Below, one piece after another: positions 18,792 through 29,493 of a DNA stretch of 64,000 nucleotides. Source of the stretch: an uncultured Gammaproteobacteria bacterium (GTDB taxonomy: Bacteria > Patescibacteriota > Microgenomatia > UBA10105 > UBA927); contig CAZEVT010000002.1 of NCBI GenBank assembly GCA_964515005.1, positions 28,968-92,967 of the forward strand, written 5' to 3'. The notes under the pieces were generated by a model, which searched no databases, was not told where the DNA came from, and saw nothing but the letters and a program-made list of their open reading frames with translations. A program made the position numbers and the translations under genes. Position 1 is the stretch's first letter; every line of letters starts with the position of its first letter.

Positions 18792-19457
18792 ATGCATGCA
18801 TTTCTTATTCTTGGAAAGAACAAAGAAGATCGAGACCGCGAAATCGCCAGTCGAATCGCAGCCTGGAAAATTTCTTCGTGGGACACGATCCGGCTGACAT
18901 CAGAGTCCCCATCAATCGGAATAGAATCGGTTCGTGATTTTGTCCGCGCCCTTACCCAATCGCCCCTCAACTCTCCTTTTAAAGTCGGCGTTATAGAGGA
19001 AATAGAACGCCTCACAACAGAAGCACAAAACGCACTTTTAAAAACCCTCGAGGAGCCGCCGCCGCATACCTATCTTCTTGCCGAAACAAGTGCAGTGGAG
19101 TCTCTTCTTCCCACCATCCTTTCACGATTCCTTCTCGTCAATCTCGGCGCAGGAGTCGCATCAAATGAAGAAAAAAACACAACAAAGCAAATGCTCATTG
19201 CTATTGCGGGATCGGGGATTGCCAACCGTTTGCAGCGTGTCGACGAACTTGCGCGAAGTCGCGAAGATGGCAGGCGACTCGTTGACGCGATGCTGACGAC
19301 CATCAGTACCATGCTCCATGAAAAAGATCCCGTTATACCAACCCACGCGCTTACCCGCTTCACACGAAAACTCCTTGCCGCCCGATCACAACTGGCCGTC
19401 AACGTCAACCCGCGACTAGTTCTGGACAACGTATTTATTTCGATTTCAGAGTCATAA
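18792..19457 (+). CDS. holB: DNA polymerase III delta-prime-like clamp-loader subunit
   Basis: Has the Walker B/sensor-1 region T(x)n NALLKTLEEPP and SRFLLV. No intact Walker A, as expected for delta-prime. Confidence 0.55.
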   Translation: MHAFLILGKNKEDRDREIASRIAAWKISSWDTIRLTSESPSIGIESVRDFVRALTQSPLNSPFKVGVIEEIERLTTEAQNALLKTLEEPPPHTYLLAETSAVESLLPTILSRFLLVNLGAGVASNEEKNTTKQMLIAIAGSGIANRLQRVDELARSREDGRRLVDAMLTTISTMLHEKDPVIPTHALTRFTRKLLAARSQLAVNVNPRLVLDNVFISISES

Positions 19458-19513
19458 CCCCTACAGAAAAAGCCATTCGTGAAAATATTGTTATCTTATA
19501 GTATAATTCTCCC

Positions 19514-20383
19514 ATGAACCAAGAAGTATTTTCGAGATATTATCATTCCGCGCTAAAACATCCAGAACGGACGGTCATCGCCGCAACAAGTGAGATTACT
19601 CGCATCCCGATATCCGTACAATTCCGGATGTCCGAAGATCCGTTGCCAATTTTTGGCGTACTCCCTGAGTCAATCAGCAGGTATATGTACCTTATGGAAG
19701 GAATACGGCCGTATGAGCCCGAAACTTCGCTCGTCATGCAGAAAATTGTGAAGCCGGGAAGTACGACCTTTGTCATAGGCGCTCACATTGGGGTCCATGC
19801 TATTCTTGCCAAACACTTATCAGGGGGTGAAGGAACCGTGATAGGATTCGAACCCACGCCGGAGACCTATGCGCTGCTGGAGAAAAATTGCCATCCCAGA
19901 AACATACAAACAGAACAAGTAGCAATCACGAGAACGGGTATACCATCAGTTGAAATGACGGTGTTTGATGTTCGACATTCCGCGTGGAATAGCGCAAAGG
20001 CCGCAAGAAAAAGTCCTTCTTTTCATTGGAATCCAAATACCATAACGGTGGAGGCTACATCAATTGACGCGTACTGCGCAGCAAAAAAAGTTCAGCCCGA
20101 TGTCCTCATTCTTGATCTTGAGAATGGGGAAATGGACGCACTCATCGGCGGACAAACAACTATTCTCTCAACAAAGCCCAGCATTATCATAGAATGTGGC
20201 GACTTGGGACGAGACGCCTGCAACAGTACGCATGCATGCCTTGCCTTGTTACAAGAGTGGGGCTATGCGTTATTCGATATCGATCCTACAAACGGCGAAA
20301 CTCATCCTCACCAGATACGTGATAGCTATCCCGATTACTATCCAAATGTAGCCGCCATCGACGAATCAAAACCAATGCATTAA
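19514..20383 (+). CDS. FkbM-family SAM-dependent methyltransferase
   Basis: FVIGAHIGVHAI...GTVIGFEPTPETYALLEKN matches the FkbM-domain pattern. Confidence 0.5.
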   Translation: MNQEVFSRYYHSALKHPERTVIAATSEITRIPISVQFRMSEDPLPIFGVLPESISRYMYLMEGIRPYEPETSLVMQKIVKPGSTTFVIGAHIGVHAILAKHLSGGEGTVIGFEPTPETYALLEKNCHPRNIQTEQVAITRTGIPSVEMTVFDVRHSAWNSAKAARKSPSFHWNPNTITVEATSIDAYCAAKKVQPDVLILDLENGEMDALIGGQTTILSTKPSIIIECGDLGRDACNSTHACLALLQEWGYALFDIDPTNGETHPHQIRDSYPDYYPNVAAIDESKPMH

Positions 20384-20421
20384 TGTCGTGGAATATGAGG
20401 CTGTTTTTCGGTATTCTTCCC

Positions 20422-20450
20422 TAGACAACAATGTGCATATGGTGTAGAAT
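20422..20450 (+). promoter_or_regulatory. Candidate sigma70-type promoter for gyrB
   Basis: TAGACA, a 17-bp spacer, then TAGAAT (with GTG upstream), about 48 nt ahead of the gyrB ATG. Confidence 0.3.
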
Positions 20451-20497
20451 GATTTTAGAGCTACATAGGCTCGTTTTTCTTCTTAACGGTAGCAATA

Positions 20498-23400
20498 ATG
20501 GCCAAAATTTCTGACAAATATTCAGGAAGCGACATCGTTGTTTTGGAAGGACTTGAGCCCGTCCGGAAGCGCCCGGCCATGTACATCGGCACAACCGCCC
20601 TTGCCGGCGTCCACCACTGCTTAAACGAAATTATCGACAACTCCATCGACGAAGCTTTAGCCGGATACGCCAAAAACGTCTGGGTGACGATCCACAAAGA
20701 CGACAGCGTAACCGTTATTGACGACGGCCGCGGCATTCCGATTGATAAAAATCCGAAATATAAGGTCTCGGCTCTCGAGCTCGTCATGACCAAGCTCCAC
20801 GCAGGCGGCAAATTTGAGGGCAAAGCATACAAAGTCTCCGGAGGCTTGCACGGGGTTGGTGCATCAGTCGTCAATGCGCTTTCCAGTGCCCTCAAGGTCG
20901 AAGTGCACCGCGAGGGAGGGGCATTCGTTCAGGAATATAAGAGAGGCAAACCGTTGGGACCCATCAAGAGGGTGGGGAAGGCAAAGGACACCGGCACGAC
21001 CGTTGTCTTTTTGCCCGACACCGAGATATTTAAAGAAGGAATTGCACTCAACTTTGAAATGGTCAAAAAACAGGTCCGCGACCGGGCCTATCTTATTGCC
21101 CGCCTCGCGTTTCATCTTACTGACGAGCGAAGCGGCGAGGCGGCCCACTACTATTTTGAAGGCGGCATCACGTCACTGGTGAAAGCATTAAATAGAAATA
21201 AAGTCGTCGTCCACACTCCCATTTCAATAACGAGATCCGCAGAAGATGGCAGCATGAACGTCGAAGTGGCAATCCAGTACAACGACGGATTTTCCGAAAT
21301 CGTCGAATCGTACGTCAACGTGATTGCAACGGCCGAGGGGGGCACACACCTCACGGGCTTTCGTATGGCCTTGACGCGCGCCGTTAACGACTACGGCAAG
21401 AAAATAGGCGCGTTTAAGGCAGACTCCGACGCCATAACAGGCGAGGATACCCGCGAAGGGTTGACTGCCATCGTCTATGTGAAAATGCCTTCCCAATATC
21501 TGCAATTTGAGGGGCAAACTAAGGGCAAACTCGGTAACGCCGAGGTCCAGCCGTTTGTCCAGTCAGCAGTCAAAGAGGGGCTCGATACCTACTTTGAAGA
21601 AAACCCCGCAGAGGGACGAAAGATTTTAGAAAAAGTCTACCTCGCGGCAAGGGCGAGGCTCGCGGCCAAAGCCGCCAAAGACGCCGTCATTCGAAAAGGC
21701 GCGCTTGAAGGCGCAAGCCTTCCCGGCAAGCTCGCCGACTGTCAGGAAAAAGATCCGAGTGTCTCCGAACTTTTCATCGTCGAGGGAGATTCCGCAGGCG
21801 GATGTTTTTCCGCTGATACAAAAGTTGCGCTCACGGATGGACGAAATTTGGCATTCAAGGATCTGATCAAAGAATACGATTCGGGCAGACAGAATTACTG
21901 CTACACCATCCAAAAAAATGGTGCCGTGGGTGTTGCCCCAATACAAAATCCGAGGATCACCAATAAACATACAACCGTCATCAAAATTATTCTGGATAGC
22001 GACGAAGAAATCACGTGTACTCCTGACCATCTTTTCATGCTTCGGGACGGCTCATATAAAGAAGCACACCATCTGACCCCTGCAGATTCTTTGATGCCTT
22101 TGAGGCGCCAATTGTCTCATGTCGGCAAGTGGATTACCATCGAAGGCTATGAATTGGTGTTTGATCCAGCACTCAACCGATGGCTCTTCACTCATGTACT
22201 GGCAGATGAGTACAATCTCCAGCGCGGCGTATATAAACAAGAGGACGGGAACCACCGCCATCATATCGACTTTAACAAACAAAACAACAATCCCGATAAC
22301 ATTACGAGGATTTCAAAGGATGATCATCTTGCCCTCCACAGGAGTATTCTTGAAAAAACTATTCATAGACCCGATGTCAAACAAAAAGTCGCCGCCCTCC
22401 ATAAAACCGCCGCGTTTCGTCAAAAAATAAGACTGGCAATGACCCAACCCCGTATGCGCAAGCTTTTGAGTGCTCGTGCTAAAAAACAATGGCAAGACCC
22501 TACATATAAAACGTATATGACTCAAAAATTTCTCGATTTCTATTCGAACAATAAAGAATATCAGGAAAAAAACAATGCTCTTTTAGATAAAGAACAAAAG
22601 AAATATTGGGGTGATACACAGCACAGACATCTTCAGGCTGATCGCGTGCAGACATTCTTTGTGAACCATCCGGAACGCAAAGAACAACTTCGCGCATTGG
22701 CCAACAATCAGTGGTCAGACGAATCGCTGCGCACATGGCGCCGTCAAAAGACAAAAGAGCAGTGGACGAACGCATTCCGATTACAACGAAAGGACTCATA
22801 TAATAAGATGTATCTTCGAAAAGCGCTTGCAACACTCCATTCCATCTATGAAGCAAAAGGGGAAATAAGTCCAAGTGAGTATCAACACATACGATTAACT
22901 TCACGGGACAAAAGCCTTATTCGATACGAAACAATCCGCCGGAGATTTTTCAACGATGATGAGCATCTATTTGAGCAGGCCATTATGAACTATAATCACA
23001 AAATTAGAAAAATAATTTCTCTTGAGAAACGAATGGACGTGTATGACATAGAGGTCCCCGGAACACATAATTTTGCCCTGGCTTCCGGAGTGTTTGTCCA
23101 CAACAGCGCCAAACAGGGCCGCGACCGCAAATTCCAGGCTATCTTGCCGCTTCGGGGGAAAATCCTCAATACCGAGCGGGCACGGCTTGATAAGATCATC
23201 GAATTTGAAGAACTCAAGGCGCTCGTTATAGCGCTCGGCATGGGCATTGCCGATAGCTTAAATCCCGAGAAGCTTCGCTATCACCGCGTGATCATCATGA
23301 CGGATGCCGACGTCGACGGCGAACACATCATGACGCTACTTTTGACCTTCTTCTATCGTCATTTACCCTATATCGTTGAGAAAGGGCACCTCTACATCGC

Positions 23401-23722
23401 CCAGCCGCCCCTCTATAAAATCACCTGGGCCAAGGAATCCCATTACGCCTACTCCGATGACGAGCGGGACACGATCACCAAAGAACAGGGCAAATCCATG
23501 AAGACCGCCCCCACCATTCAACGGTACAAAGGCCTCGGAGAAATGAACCCCGACCAGCTCTGGGAAACCACCATGAATCCGGTCAACCGCGTCATGCGGC
23601 AGGTAACGATTGTGGACGCGGCCGCGGCAGACAACGTGTTTGCCATGCTCATGGGGGACGAGGTGCCGCCGAGAAAGAGATTTATTCAGACCCATGCAAA
23701 AAATGCGACATTGGATATATAA
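20498..23722 (+). CDS. gyrB: DNA gyrase subunit B, interrupted in frame by a 434-aa intein
   Basis: GHKL ATPase motifs at the N-terminus. TOPRIM EGDSAGG, then CFSADTKVAL...VFVHN, then SAKQGRDRKF. The exteins total 640 aa, a normal GyrB length. Confidence 0.95.
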   Translation: MAKISDKYSGSDIVVLEGLEPVRKRPAMYIGTTALAGVHHCLNEIIDNSIDEALAGYAKNVWVTIHKDDSVTVIDDGRGIPIDKNPKYKVSALELVMTKLHAGGKFEGKAYKVSGGLHGVGASVVNALSSALKVEVHREGGAFVQEYKRGKPLGPIKRVGKAKDTGTTVVFLPDTEIFKEGIALNFEMVKKQVRDRAYLIARLAFHLTDERSGEAAHYYFEGGITSLVKALNRNKVVVHTPISITRSAEDGSMNVEVAIQYNDGFSEIVESYVNVIATAEGGTHLTGFRMALTRAVNDYGKKIGAFKADSDAITGEDTREGLTAIVYVKMPSQYLQFEGQTKGKLGNAEVQPFVQSAVKEGLDTYFEENPAEGRKILEKVYLAARARLAAKAAKDAVIRKGALEGASLPGKLADCQEKDPSVSELFIVEGDSAGGCFSADTKVALTDGRNLAFKDLIKEYDSGRQNYCYTIQKNGAVGVAPIQNPRITNKHTTVIKIILDSDEEITCTPDHLFMLRDGSYKEAHHLTPADSLMPLRRQLSHVGKWITIEGYELVFDPALNRWLFTHVLADEYNLQRGVYKQEDGNHRHHIDFNKQNNNPDNITRISKDDHLALHRSILEKTIHRPDVKQKVAALHKTAAFRQKIRLAMTQPRMRKLLSARAKKQWQDPTYKTYMTQKFLDFYSNNKEYQEKNNALLDKEQKKYWGDTQHRHLQADRVQTFFVNHPERKEQLRALANNQWSDESLRTWRRQKTKEQWTNAFRLQRKDSYNKMYLRKALATLHSIYEAKGEISPSEYQHIRLTSRDKSLIRYETIRRRFFNDDEHLFEQAIMNYNHKIRKIISLEKRMDVYDIEVPGTHNFALASGVFVHNSAKQGRDRKFQAILPLRGKILNTERARLDKIIEFEELKALVIALGMGIADSLNPEKLRYHRVIIMTDADVDGEHIMTLLLTFFYRHLPYIVEKGHLYIAQPPLYKITWAKESHYAYSDDERDTITKEQGKSMKTAPTIQRYKGLGEMNPDQLWETTMNPVNRVMRQVTIVDAAAADNVFAMLMGDEVPPRKRFIQTHAKNATLDI
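21803..23104 (+). mobile_element. Intein (Hint domain plus HNH-type homing endonuclease) in gyrB
   Basis: Cys1 follows GG. Block B is ITCTPDH, and the C-terminus VFVHN|S gives HN plus Ser+1. Internal HNH motif NHRHHIDFNKQNNNPDNITRISKDDHLALH. In-frame length 1302 nt. Confidence 0.8.
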
Positions 23723-23751
23723 TAGTCGGGTAAGGTAAAGGGGGGAAACAT

Positions 23752-25755
23752 ATGAATGCAGTCACACTATCACTCGCGGCCGGAATCCTTTCGGTTCTCT
23801 ACGGGATATTTTTGTCGGTTCGTATCATGCGGCTTCCCACGGGAACGCCGGATATGAACGCCATTGCCGCCGCTATTGCCGAAGGGGCAAAAGCATTCTT
23901 GGCCCGGCAATATAAAACAATCGGACTTCTGGCGCTCGGCATTGCGGCTCTTCTGTATTACACGCTGGGTCCTGACTCCGCCGTTGCCTTCGGGATCGGC
24001 GCGGTGTGCTCGGCCGTTGCCGGATTTATCGGCATGAATATTTCGGTTAGGGCCAATATCCGCACCGCGCAGGCTGCCAAAACCGGACTTGCCGCGGCCC
24101 TGAACGTCGCGTTTTCCGGAGGAGCCGTAACGGGTCTTATGGTTGCGGGGCTCGCGCTTCTTTCGGTTGCCGCCACATATATGACGCTCGGAAATGAAGT
24201 GGGAGGACAGTTGGATCTCAAACCGCTTATTGCCCTTGGATTCGGAGGGTCTTTGATATCGGTATTTGCCCGCCTCGGCGGCGGAATCTACACGAAGGGT
24301 GCCGACGTGGGAACCGATATGGTCGGCAAAATCGAAAAGGGGATTCCGGAGGATGACCCGAGGAACCCCGGGGTCATTGCGGATCTGGTCGGCGACAACG
24401 TCGGGGACGATGCGGGCATGGCTGCAGACCTATTTGAAACATACGTCGTGACCGCAGTTGCTGCCATTTTACTCGGCCAGCTTCTGCTGCCGGGATTTGC
24501 AAATGCGATCTTCTATCCGATGGTCGTGGGGGCAGGTGGCATTGTTGCATCCATCATCGGCATCGGATTTGTAAAACTCGGGCGGGGCAAAAAGATTATG
24601 CAGGCCCTCTATAAAGGACTTCTGGCCGCGTCTCTTTTGTCGGCCGTCCTCTTTTTTGTCATCACACAGTTTATGATGGCCGGAAACGGTGTCTATGGGG
24701 CAGGAAGCTTGTTTTTGGCAAGTCTCATCGGCATCATCGTAACCCTTGGCATGGTTGCCATCACCGAATTCTATACCTCCAAGTCTTACGGCGCGATCAA
24801 AGCGCTGGCAAAGGCAAGTGAAACCGGACACGGCACCAATATCATCGCAGGGCTTGCCCTTTCGATGAAATCAACCCTTGCCCCCGTGATTCTGATTGCC
24901 GCAGCCATGCTTGGAGCGTACGCCTTGGCCGGCCTCTATGGCATCGCGGTTGCCGCCATGAGTATGATATCCCTCACCGGCATTGTGGTTGCCATTGATG
25001 CGTTTGGCCCGATAACAGACAACGCAGGCGGCATTGCGGAGATGACCAACCAACCGGAAGAGGTGAGAAAAATTACCGATGCCCTGGACTCGGTCGGCAA
25101 TACCACCAAAGCCGTGACCAAGGCCTACGCGATTGCGTCGGCGGGACTTGCCGCACTCGTCCTTTTTGCCTCATATACCCAGGAGCTTGGCGGCAGTCTT
25201 ACCTTTAGTCTGTCGGATCCGAATGTGGTCGTCGGGCTTTTGATTGGCGCCGCCATGCCCTATGTATTTGCAGCCCTTGCGATGGAGGCAGTAGGCAAAG
25301 CCGCCGGAGCCATAGTTATCGAAGTACGGCGGCAGTTTAAAACAATAAAAGGAATCATGACGGGCAAAGCCAAACCCGAATATGGCAAGGCCGTCGACAT
25401 TGTCACCAAGGCGGCGCTCCGAGAAATGACCGTGCCCGCACTCTTACCCGTTGCCGCTCCCATTGTGGTGGGATTTCTCTTGGGGCCATCTGCCCTCGGC
25501 GGACTCCTCATGGGAACGATCGTCACGGGACTGTTTGTCGCTATCTCCATGACAACGGGAGGCGCGGCCTGGGACAATGCCAAAAAGTATATTGAGGAAG
25601 GCCACTTGGGCGGCAAAGGAAGTCCTGCCCATCAGGCGGCAGTCACCGGCGATACCGTGGGCGACCCGTATAAAGATACCGCGGGACCGGCCATAAATCC
25701 CATGATCAAGGTCACGAATATCGTGGCGCTTTTGATCGCCGGATTCCTCCGCTGA
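23752..25755 (+). CDS. hppA: Membrane-bound proton/sodium-translocating pyrophosphatase
   Basis: [29 protein letters not shown] and a C-terminal [14 protein letters not shown] signature. About 16 transmembrane segments. Confidence 0.9.
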   Translation: MNAVTLSLAAGILSVLYGIFLSVRIMRLPTGTPDMNAIAAAIAEGAKAFLARQYKTIGLLALGIAALLYYTLGPDSAVAFGIGAVCSAVAGFIGMNISVRANIRTAQAAKTGLAAALNVAFSGGAVTGLMVAGLALLSVAATYMTLGNEVGGQLDLKPLIALGFGGSLISVFARLGGGIYTKGADVGTDMVGKIEKGIPEDDPRNPGVIADLVGDNVGDDAGMAADLFETYVVTAVAAILLGQLLLPGFANAIFYPMVVGAGGIVASIIGIGFVKLGRGKKIMQALYKGLLAASLLSAVLFFVITQFMMAGNGVYGAGSLFLASLIGIIVTLGMVAITEFYTSKSYGAIKALAKASETGHGTNIIAGLALSMKSTLAPVILIAAAMLGAYALAGLYGIAVAAMSMISLTGIVVAIDAFGPITDNAGGIAEMTNQPEEVRKITDALDSVGNTTKAVTKAYAIASAGLAALVLFASYTQELGGSLTFSLSDPNVVVGLLIGAAMPYVFAALAMEAVGKAAGAIVIEVRRQFKTIKGIMTGKAKPEYGKAVDIVTKAALREMTVPALLPVAAPIVVGFLLGPSALGGLLMGTIVTGLFVAISMTTGGAAWDNAKKYIEEGHLGGKGSPAHQAAVTGDTVGDPYKDTAGPAINPMIKVTNIVALLIAGFLR

Positions 25756-25770
25756 ACTCAAACGTAACCT

Positions 25771-28287
25771 ATGAATATTGGGAAAGTGAACCAGTCGGAA
25801 ATCGTTGCCGAAATGCAGAAGTCGTACCTCGACTATGCGATGTCGGTTATTGTCGCGCGCGCACTTCCTGATGTCCGGGACGGCCTCAAGCCCGTCCACC
25901 GCAGAATACTTTACGCCATGCACCAGGTGGGTCTGCGGCACACGGCTCGCTACACCAAAAGCGCCAAGGTTGTGGGAGAAGTGCTCGGGAAATACCACCC
26001 GCACGGCGACGCGCCGGTGTATGAGGCCATGGTGCGCCTCGCCCAGGATTTCTCCATGCGCTACCGGCTTATTGATGGCCAAGGTAATTATGGGTCAGTA
26101 GACGGAGATCCGCCGGCTGCCATGCGGTACACCGAGTGCCGGCTTGCGGCGATCGCGGACGAAATGCTTTTGGATATTGAAAAGGAAACGGTAGCATTCA
26201 CCCCAAACTTTGACGGGACGATTGACGAACCCCTGTACCTTCCTGCCAAACTCCCGAATCTTCTTCTCATGGGCTCAGAGGGAATTGCCGTCGGCATGGC
26301 CACCAAAATCCCGCCGCACAATTTGCGGGAAGTAGCTGGAGCCATTGCGGCCATGATCGATACGGTAAAGCTCCAAAAGAAAAAACCAGTCGAAGGTGTC
26401 AGCGAAGTAAAAACAGATACGCAATTTACCTTTGATATCACGACCGACCAGCTCATGGAACACATCCAGGGGCCGGATTTCCCCACAGGCGGGGCCATCT
26501 ACGACATAAGCGAAATCAAGGCGGCATACGCCACGGGCCGCGGCAAGATCGTCATGCGCGGGAAAGCGGAAATTGAGGATATCGGACAGGGAAAGTCCGC
26601 AATCGCCATCACTGAGCTCCCGTACCAGGTAAACAAAGCACATCTGGTTGCCAAAATCGCGGATCTGGTTCACGAGAAAAAACTCGAGGGGATAAGCGAC
26701 CTTCGCGATGAGTCGGACCGCCGGGGCATTCGTGTGTACATAGAGCTTAAGCGTGACGCCCGGCCCAAACAGGTACTTAATAATTTGTTCAAGCACACGG
26801 CACTGCAGACCACATTTCCCGTCAACATGGTCGCCTTGGTCGATAACACGCCGCAAACGTGTTCTTTGAAACTCATTCTTGAAGAATATATAAAACACCG
26901 CCATGATGTCGTCCGCCGTCGGAGCGAATTTGAACTCAAAGAAGCCCGCGCCCGCGAACACATTCTCGAGGGACTTAAAATCGCCGTTGACCACATTGAT
27001 GAGGTTATCGCGATCATCAAAAAGAGCAAAGACGCCGACGATGCTAAGGGGAAGCTCATGACGCGTTTCAAGCTTTCGGATCTCCAGGCCACTGCAATTT
27101 TGGACATGCAGCTGCGGCGCCTCGCCGCCCTAGAGCGCCAAAAAATCGAGGATGAACTCGCGATGATCCGCGAAACGATTGCCTATCTTACCGATCTTCT
27201 TGCCCACCCCGAGAAAATTCTCAAAGTCGTCAAGGAAGAGCTCACCCACCTCAAAGAAAAGTACGGCGACGAGCGGAAAACCCGGGTATTTAAAAGTAAA
27301 GTCGGCGAGTTTTCAGAAGAACAGCTTATTGCCAATGAAGAAGTCATCATCACCATGAGCGAATCGGGCTATATCAAAAGGCTCCCGCGCGGGACGTTTA
27401 AGATGCAGGAGCGGGGTGGCAAAGGCGTCATAGGCATGACGACCAAGGAAGAAGATACGATTGATAAAATAGTTTCTGCCCAAACCCACGACAATATGCT
27501 TTTCTTCACCGACCGCGGGCGCGTCTACCAGGTGCGCGTCTGGGATATCCCCGAGACCTCGCGCCAGGCCAAGGGCCAGGCCGTCGTCAATCTCATCAAT
27601 ATCGAATCCACGGAAAAAGTTACCAGCGTCCTCACCTACAGCCTCAAGCGGGACGAGCAGAAGGAATCAGGCGTCAAGTTTATTTTGATGGCAACAAAGC
27701 GTGGAACCGTCAAAAAATCCAAGCTCACGGAATATGAAAATATCCGCAGAAGCGGCTTGGTTGCCATTAAACTCGAAAAAGACGATGAGCTCACTTGGGC
27801 CCGTCTGACGAGCGGATCCGATGATATTCTCCTCGTTTCCCACGAGGGAAAATCCATCCGGTTTACCGAGGCAGAAGTCCGGCCTACGGCACGCGACACG
27901 ATGGGCGTCCGCGGGATACTCCTGAAAGGCACAGACTTTGTCGTATCGGTCGACGTCATCAACGACGAGACCAAAAAAGCGGACTTCCTGACGATCATGG
28001 AGAAGGGGATTGGCAAAAAAACCGCGATCCGCGATTTCCCCAAGCAAAAGCGCGGCGGGCAGGGAGTGAAAGTAGCGGACATCAAAGACAGAACCGGGAA
28101 GGTCATGGTATCCCAAATCGTCCCAACCGACACCGATAGCGTCATCCTCACCTCAATGAAGGGTCAAGTCGTCAAGCTTCCGATTAACTCCGTCCCGCGC
28201 CTTGGACGTGCTACTTCGGGCGTCATCCTCATGCGTTTCACAAACAAATCCGACACCATCGCCGCCGCAACCTGCCTCACAAAATAG
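25771..28287 (+). CDS. gyrA: DNA gyrase subunit A
   Basis: Active-site region around RYTE, and a GyrA-box ([10 protein letters not shown]) in the C-terminal beta-pinwheel, which points to gyrase rather than topoisomerase IV. Confidence 0.95.
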   Translation: MNIGKVNQSEIVAEMQKSYLDYAMSVIVARALPDVRDGLKPVHRRILYAMHQVGLRHTARYTKSAKVVGEVLGKYHPHGDAPVYEAMVRLAQDFSMRYRLIDGQGNYGSVDGDPPAAMRYTECRLAAIADEMLLDIEKETVAFTPNFDGTIDEPLYLPAKLPNLLLMGSEGIAVGMATKIPPHNLREVAGAIAAMIDTVKLQKKKPVEGVSEVKTDTQFTFDITTDQLMEHIQGPDFPTGGAIYDISEIKAAYATGRGKIVMRGKAEIEDIGQGKSAIAITELPYQVNKAHLVAKIADLVHEKKLEGISDLRDESDRRGIRVYIELKRDARPKQVLNNLFKHTALQTTFPVNMVALVDNTPQTCSLKLILEEYIKHRHDVVRRRSEFELKEARAREHILEGLKIAVDHIDEVIAIIKKSKDADDAKGKLMTRFKLSDLQATAILDMQLRRLAALERQKIEDELAMIRETIAYLTDLLAHPEKILKVVKEELTHLKEKYGDERKTRVFKSKVGEFSEEQLIANEEVIITMSESGYIKRLPRGTFKMQERGGKGVIGMTTKEEDTIDKIVSAQTHDNMLFFTDRGRVYQVRVWDIPETSRQAKGQAVVNLINIESTEKVTSVLTYSLKRDEQKESGVKFILMATKRGTVKKSKLTEYENIRRSGLVAIKLEKDDELTWARLTSGSDDILLVSHEGKSIRFTEAEVRPTARDTMGVRGILLKGTDFVVSVDVINDETKKADFLTIMEKGIGKKTAIRDFPKQKRGGQGVKVADIKDRTGKVMVSQIVPTDTDSVILTSMKGQVVKLPINSVPRLGRATSGVILMRFTNKSDTIAAATCLTK

Positions 28288-28290
28288 TCT

Positions 28291-28563
28291 ATGACGTCAA
28301 CCATTCTTTTTGCTCAAGGGAAACCAAAAACTGTTCATGTATTCGCCGGTGATGCTCTATATGATAATCGATTGAAAAATACATCTGATGTGTTATATGC
28401 ATTAGTTAATCTTATCGATACAGCGATGTTAGCTCCCGCTGAAAATATTCGAAATCGCGTAACCCCGACCAAGGAAACCACACATTATATTCAAAATCAC
28501 GAAGTTGTATTTCATATTGACGGCTTTGATTGCTTCGATGTTATCAGGCACGAAAAAGAATAA
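28291..28563 (+). CDS. Hypothetical small protein
   Basis: 90-aa low-GC ORF immediately after gyrA; no recognisable motifs. Confidence 0.3.
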   Translation: MTSTILFAQGKPKTVHVFAGDALYDNRLKNTSDVLYALVNLIDTAMLAPAENIRNRVTPTKETTHYIQNHEVVFHIDGFDCFDVIRHEKE

Positions 28564-28587
28564 TTTTCCATGCTATACTTCTAGAAT

Positions 28588-29469
28588 ATGGTAGCAAAAC
28601 CTTCGCCTATGCTCAAAGGGGTGGCGAATCTTCTCACCGCCACATTTCTTTATGGACTGTTTGGGGTACTCTCTCGCACGGTCGGCCTCACGATCCCCAT
28701 TTTTTACCAAAATGTCACACGAAACCTCGTTGCAGTCGTTATTTTGACGATCATCGTCGGCGCTCAACGCGCATGGAAGCCCGTGACGAAGCGTGACCTC
28801 CGGATTATGATTGTGCGGTCACTCGCAGGAGGCGTCGCATTTTTATCATTCTTTTATACGATCATTAACGTTCCGTTCGGCGCGTCGTATTTTCTTTTCT
28901 TCGCCGGATCGGTCCTGTTTGGATACGTCTTCGGGCACTATTGGTTTTCCGAACACCTGACGAAAATTAAAATCGTGTCGCTTGTGTGCGCCATCCTCGG
29001 ACTACTGCTAGTCTATCAGGTCAATATCGCCGTCGTCAGTCCGCTCTATTTCGGACTCGCGATTTTGGCCGGTGCCACGACCGCGGTGTGGGATGTTATT
29101 TCGAAGAAAATCTCCGGCTCCTATGCCGCCAGCTATATTTCTTTTTGGGATGAATCCATTGCCATTGTTTTGTACACCGTGTTGAGCGTCGTCACCCGCG
29201 AACCGTGGTCCCTCCCCGCGCTGACTGCCCCGTGGATGGCGAGCCTCGGCATCGGGGTTCTGTTTGTCGCGACCGGCATTCTCGTTGTCAACGGATTCAA
29301 ATATGTCGAGGCGCAGATAGGCAGCATCATTCTCCTTGCTGAAATTCTTTTTGCCATCTTTTTCGGCTGGCTCATCTACGGCGAAACCATCTCGCTTCTG
29401 ACGCTTGTCGGTGGCGCATTTATCATCACGGCCATAGTGCTTCCAGAACTCTATTCCAAATCCCGCTGA
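28588..29469 (+). CDS. EamA/DMT-family transporter
   Basis: Ten predicted transmembrane segments with an internal duplicated EamA-like organisation. Confidence 0.6.
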   Translation: MVAKPSPMLKGVANLLTATFLYGLFGVLSRTVGLTIPIFYQNVTRNLVAVVILTIIVGAQRAWKPVTKRDLRIMIVRSLAGGVAFLSFFYTIINVPFGASYFLFFAGSVLFGYVFGHYWFSEHLTKIKIVSLVCAILGLLLVYQVNIAVVSPLYFGLAILAGATTAVWDVISKKISGSYAASYISFWDESIAIVLYTVLSVVTREPWSLPALTAPWMASLGIGVLFVATGILVVNGFKYVEAQIGSIILLAEILFAIFFGWLIYGETISLLTLVGGAFIITAIVLPELYSKSR

Positions 29470-29493
29470 CGCTTCCCATGGTATAATGAAGGC

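Noticed and set aside
26275-28151. Minus-strand ORFs of 145-239 aa within gyrA
   Set aside because: They are antisense to an unambiguous gyrA.
20498-28287. Alternative that these are topoisomerase IV (parE/parC) rather than gyrase
   Set aside because: The A subunit carries a GyrA-box (QERGGKG) and a full C-terminal beta-pinwheel. No second topoisomerase II pair is in the window for comparison.
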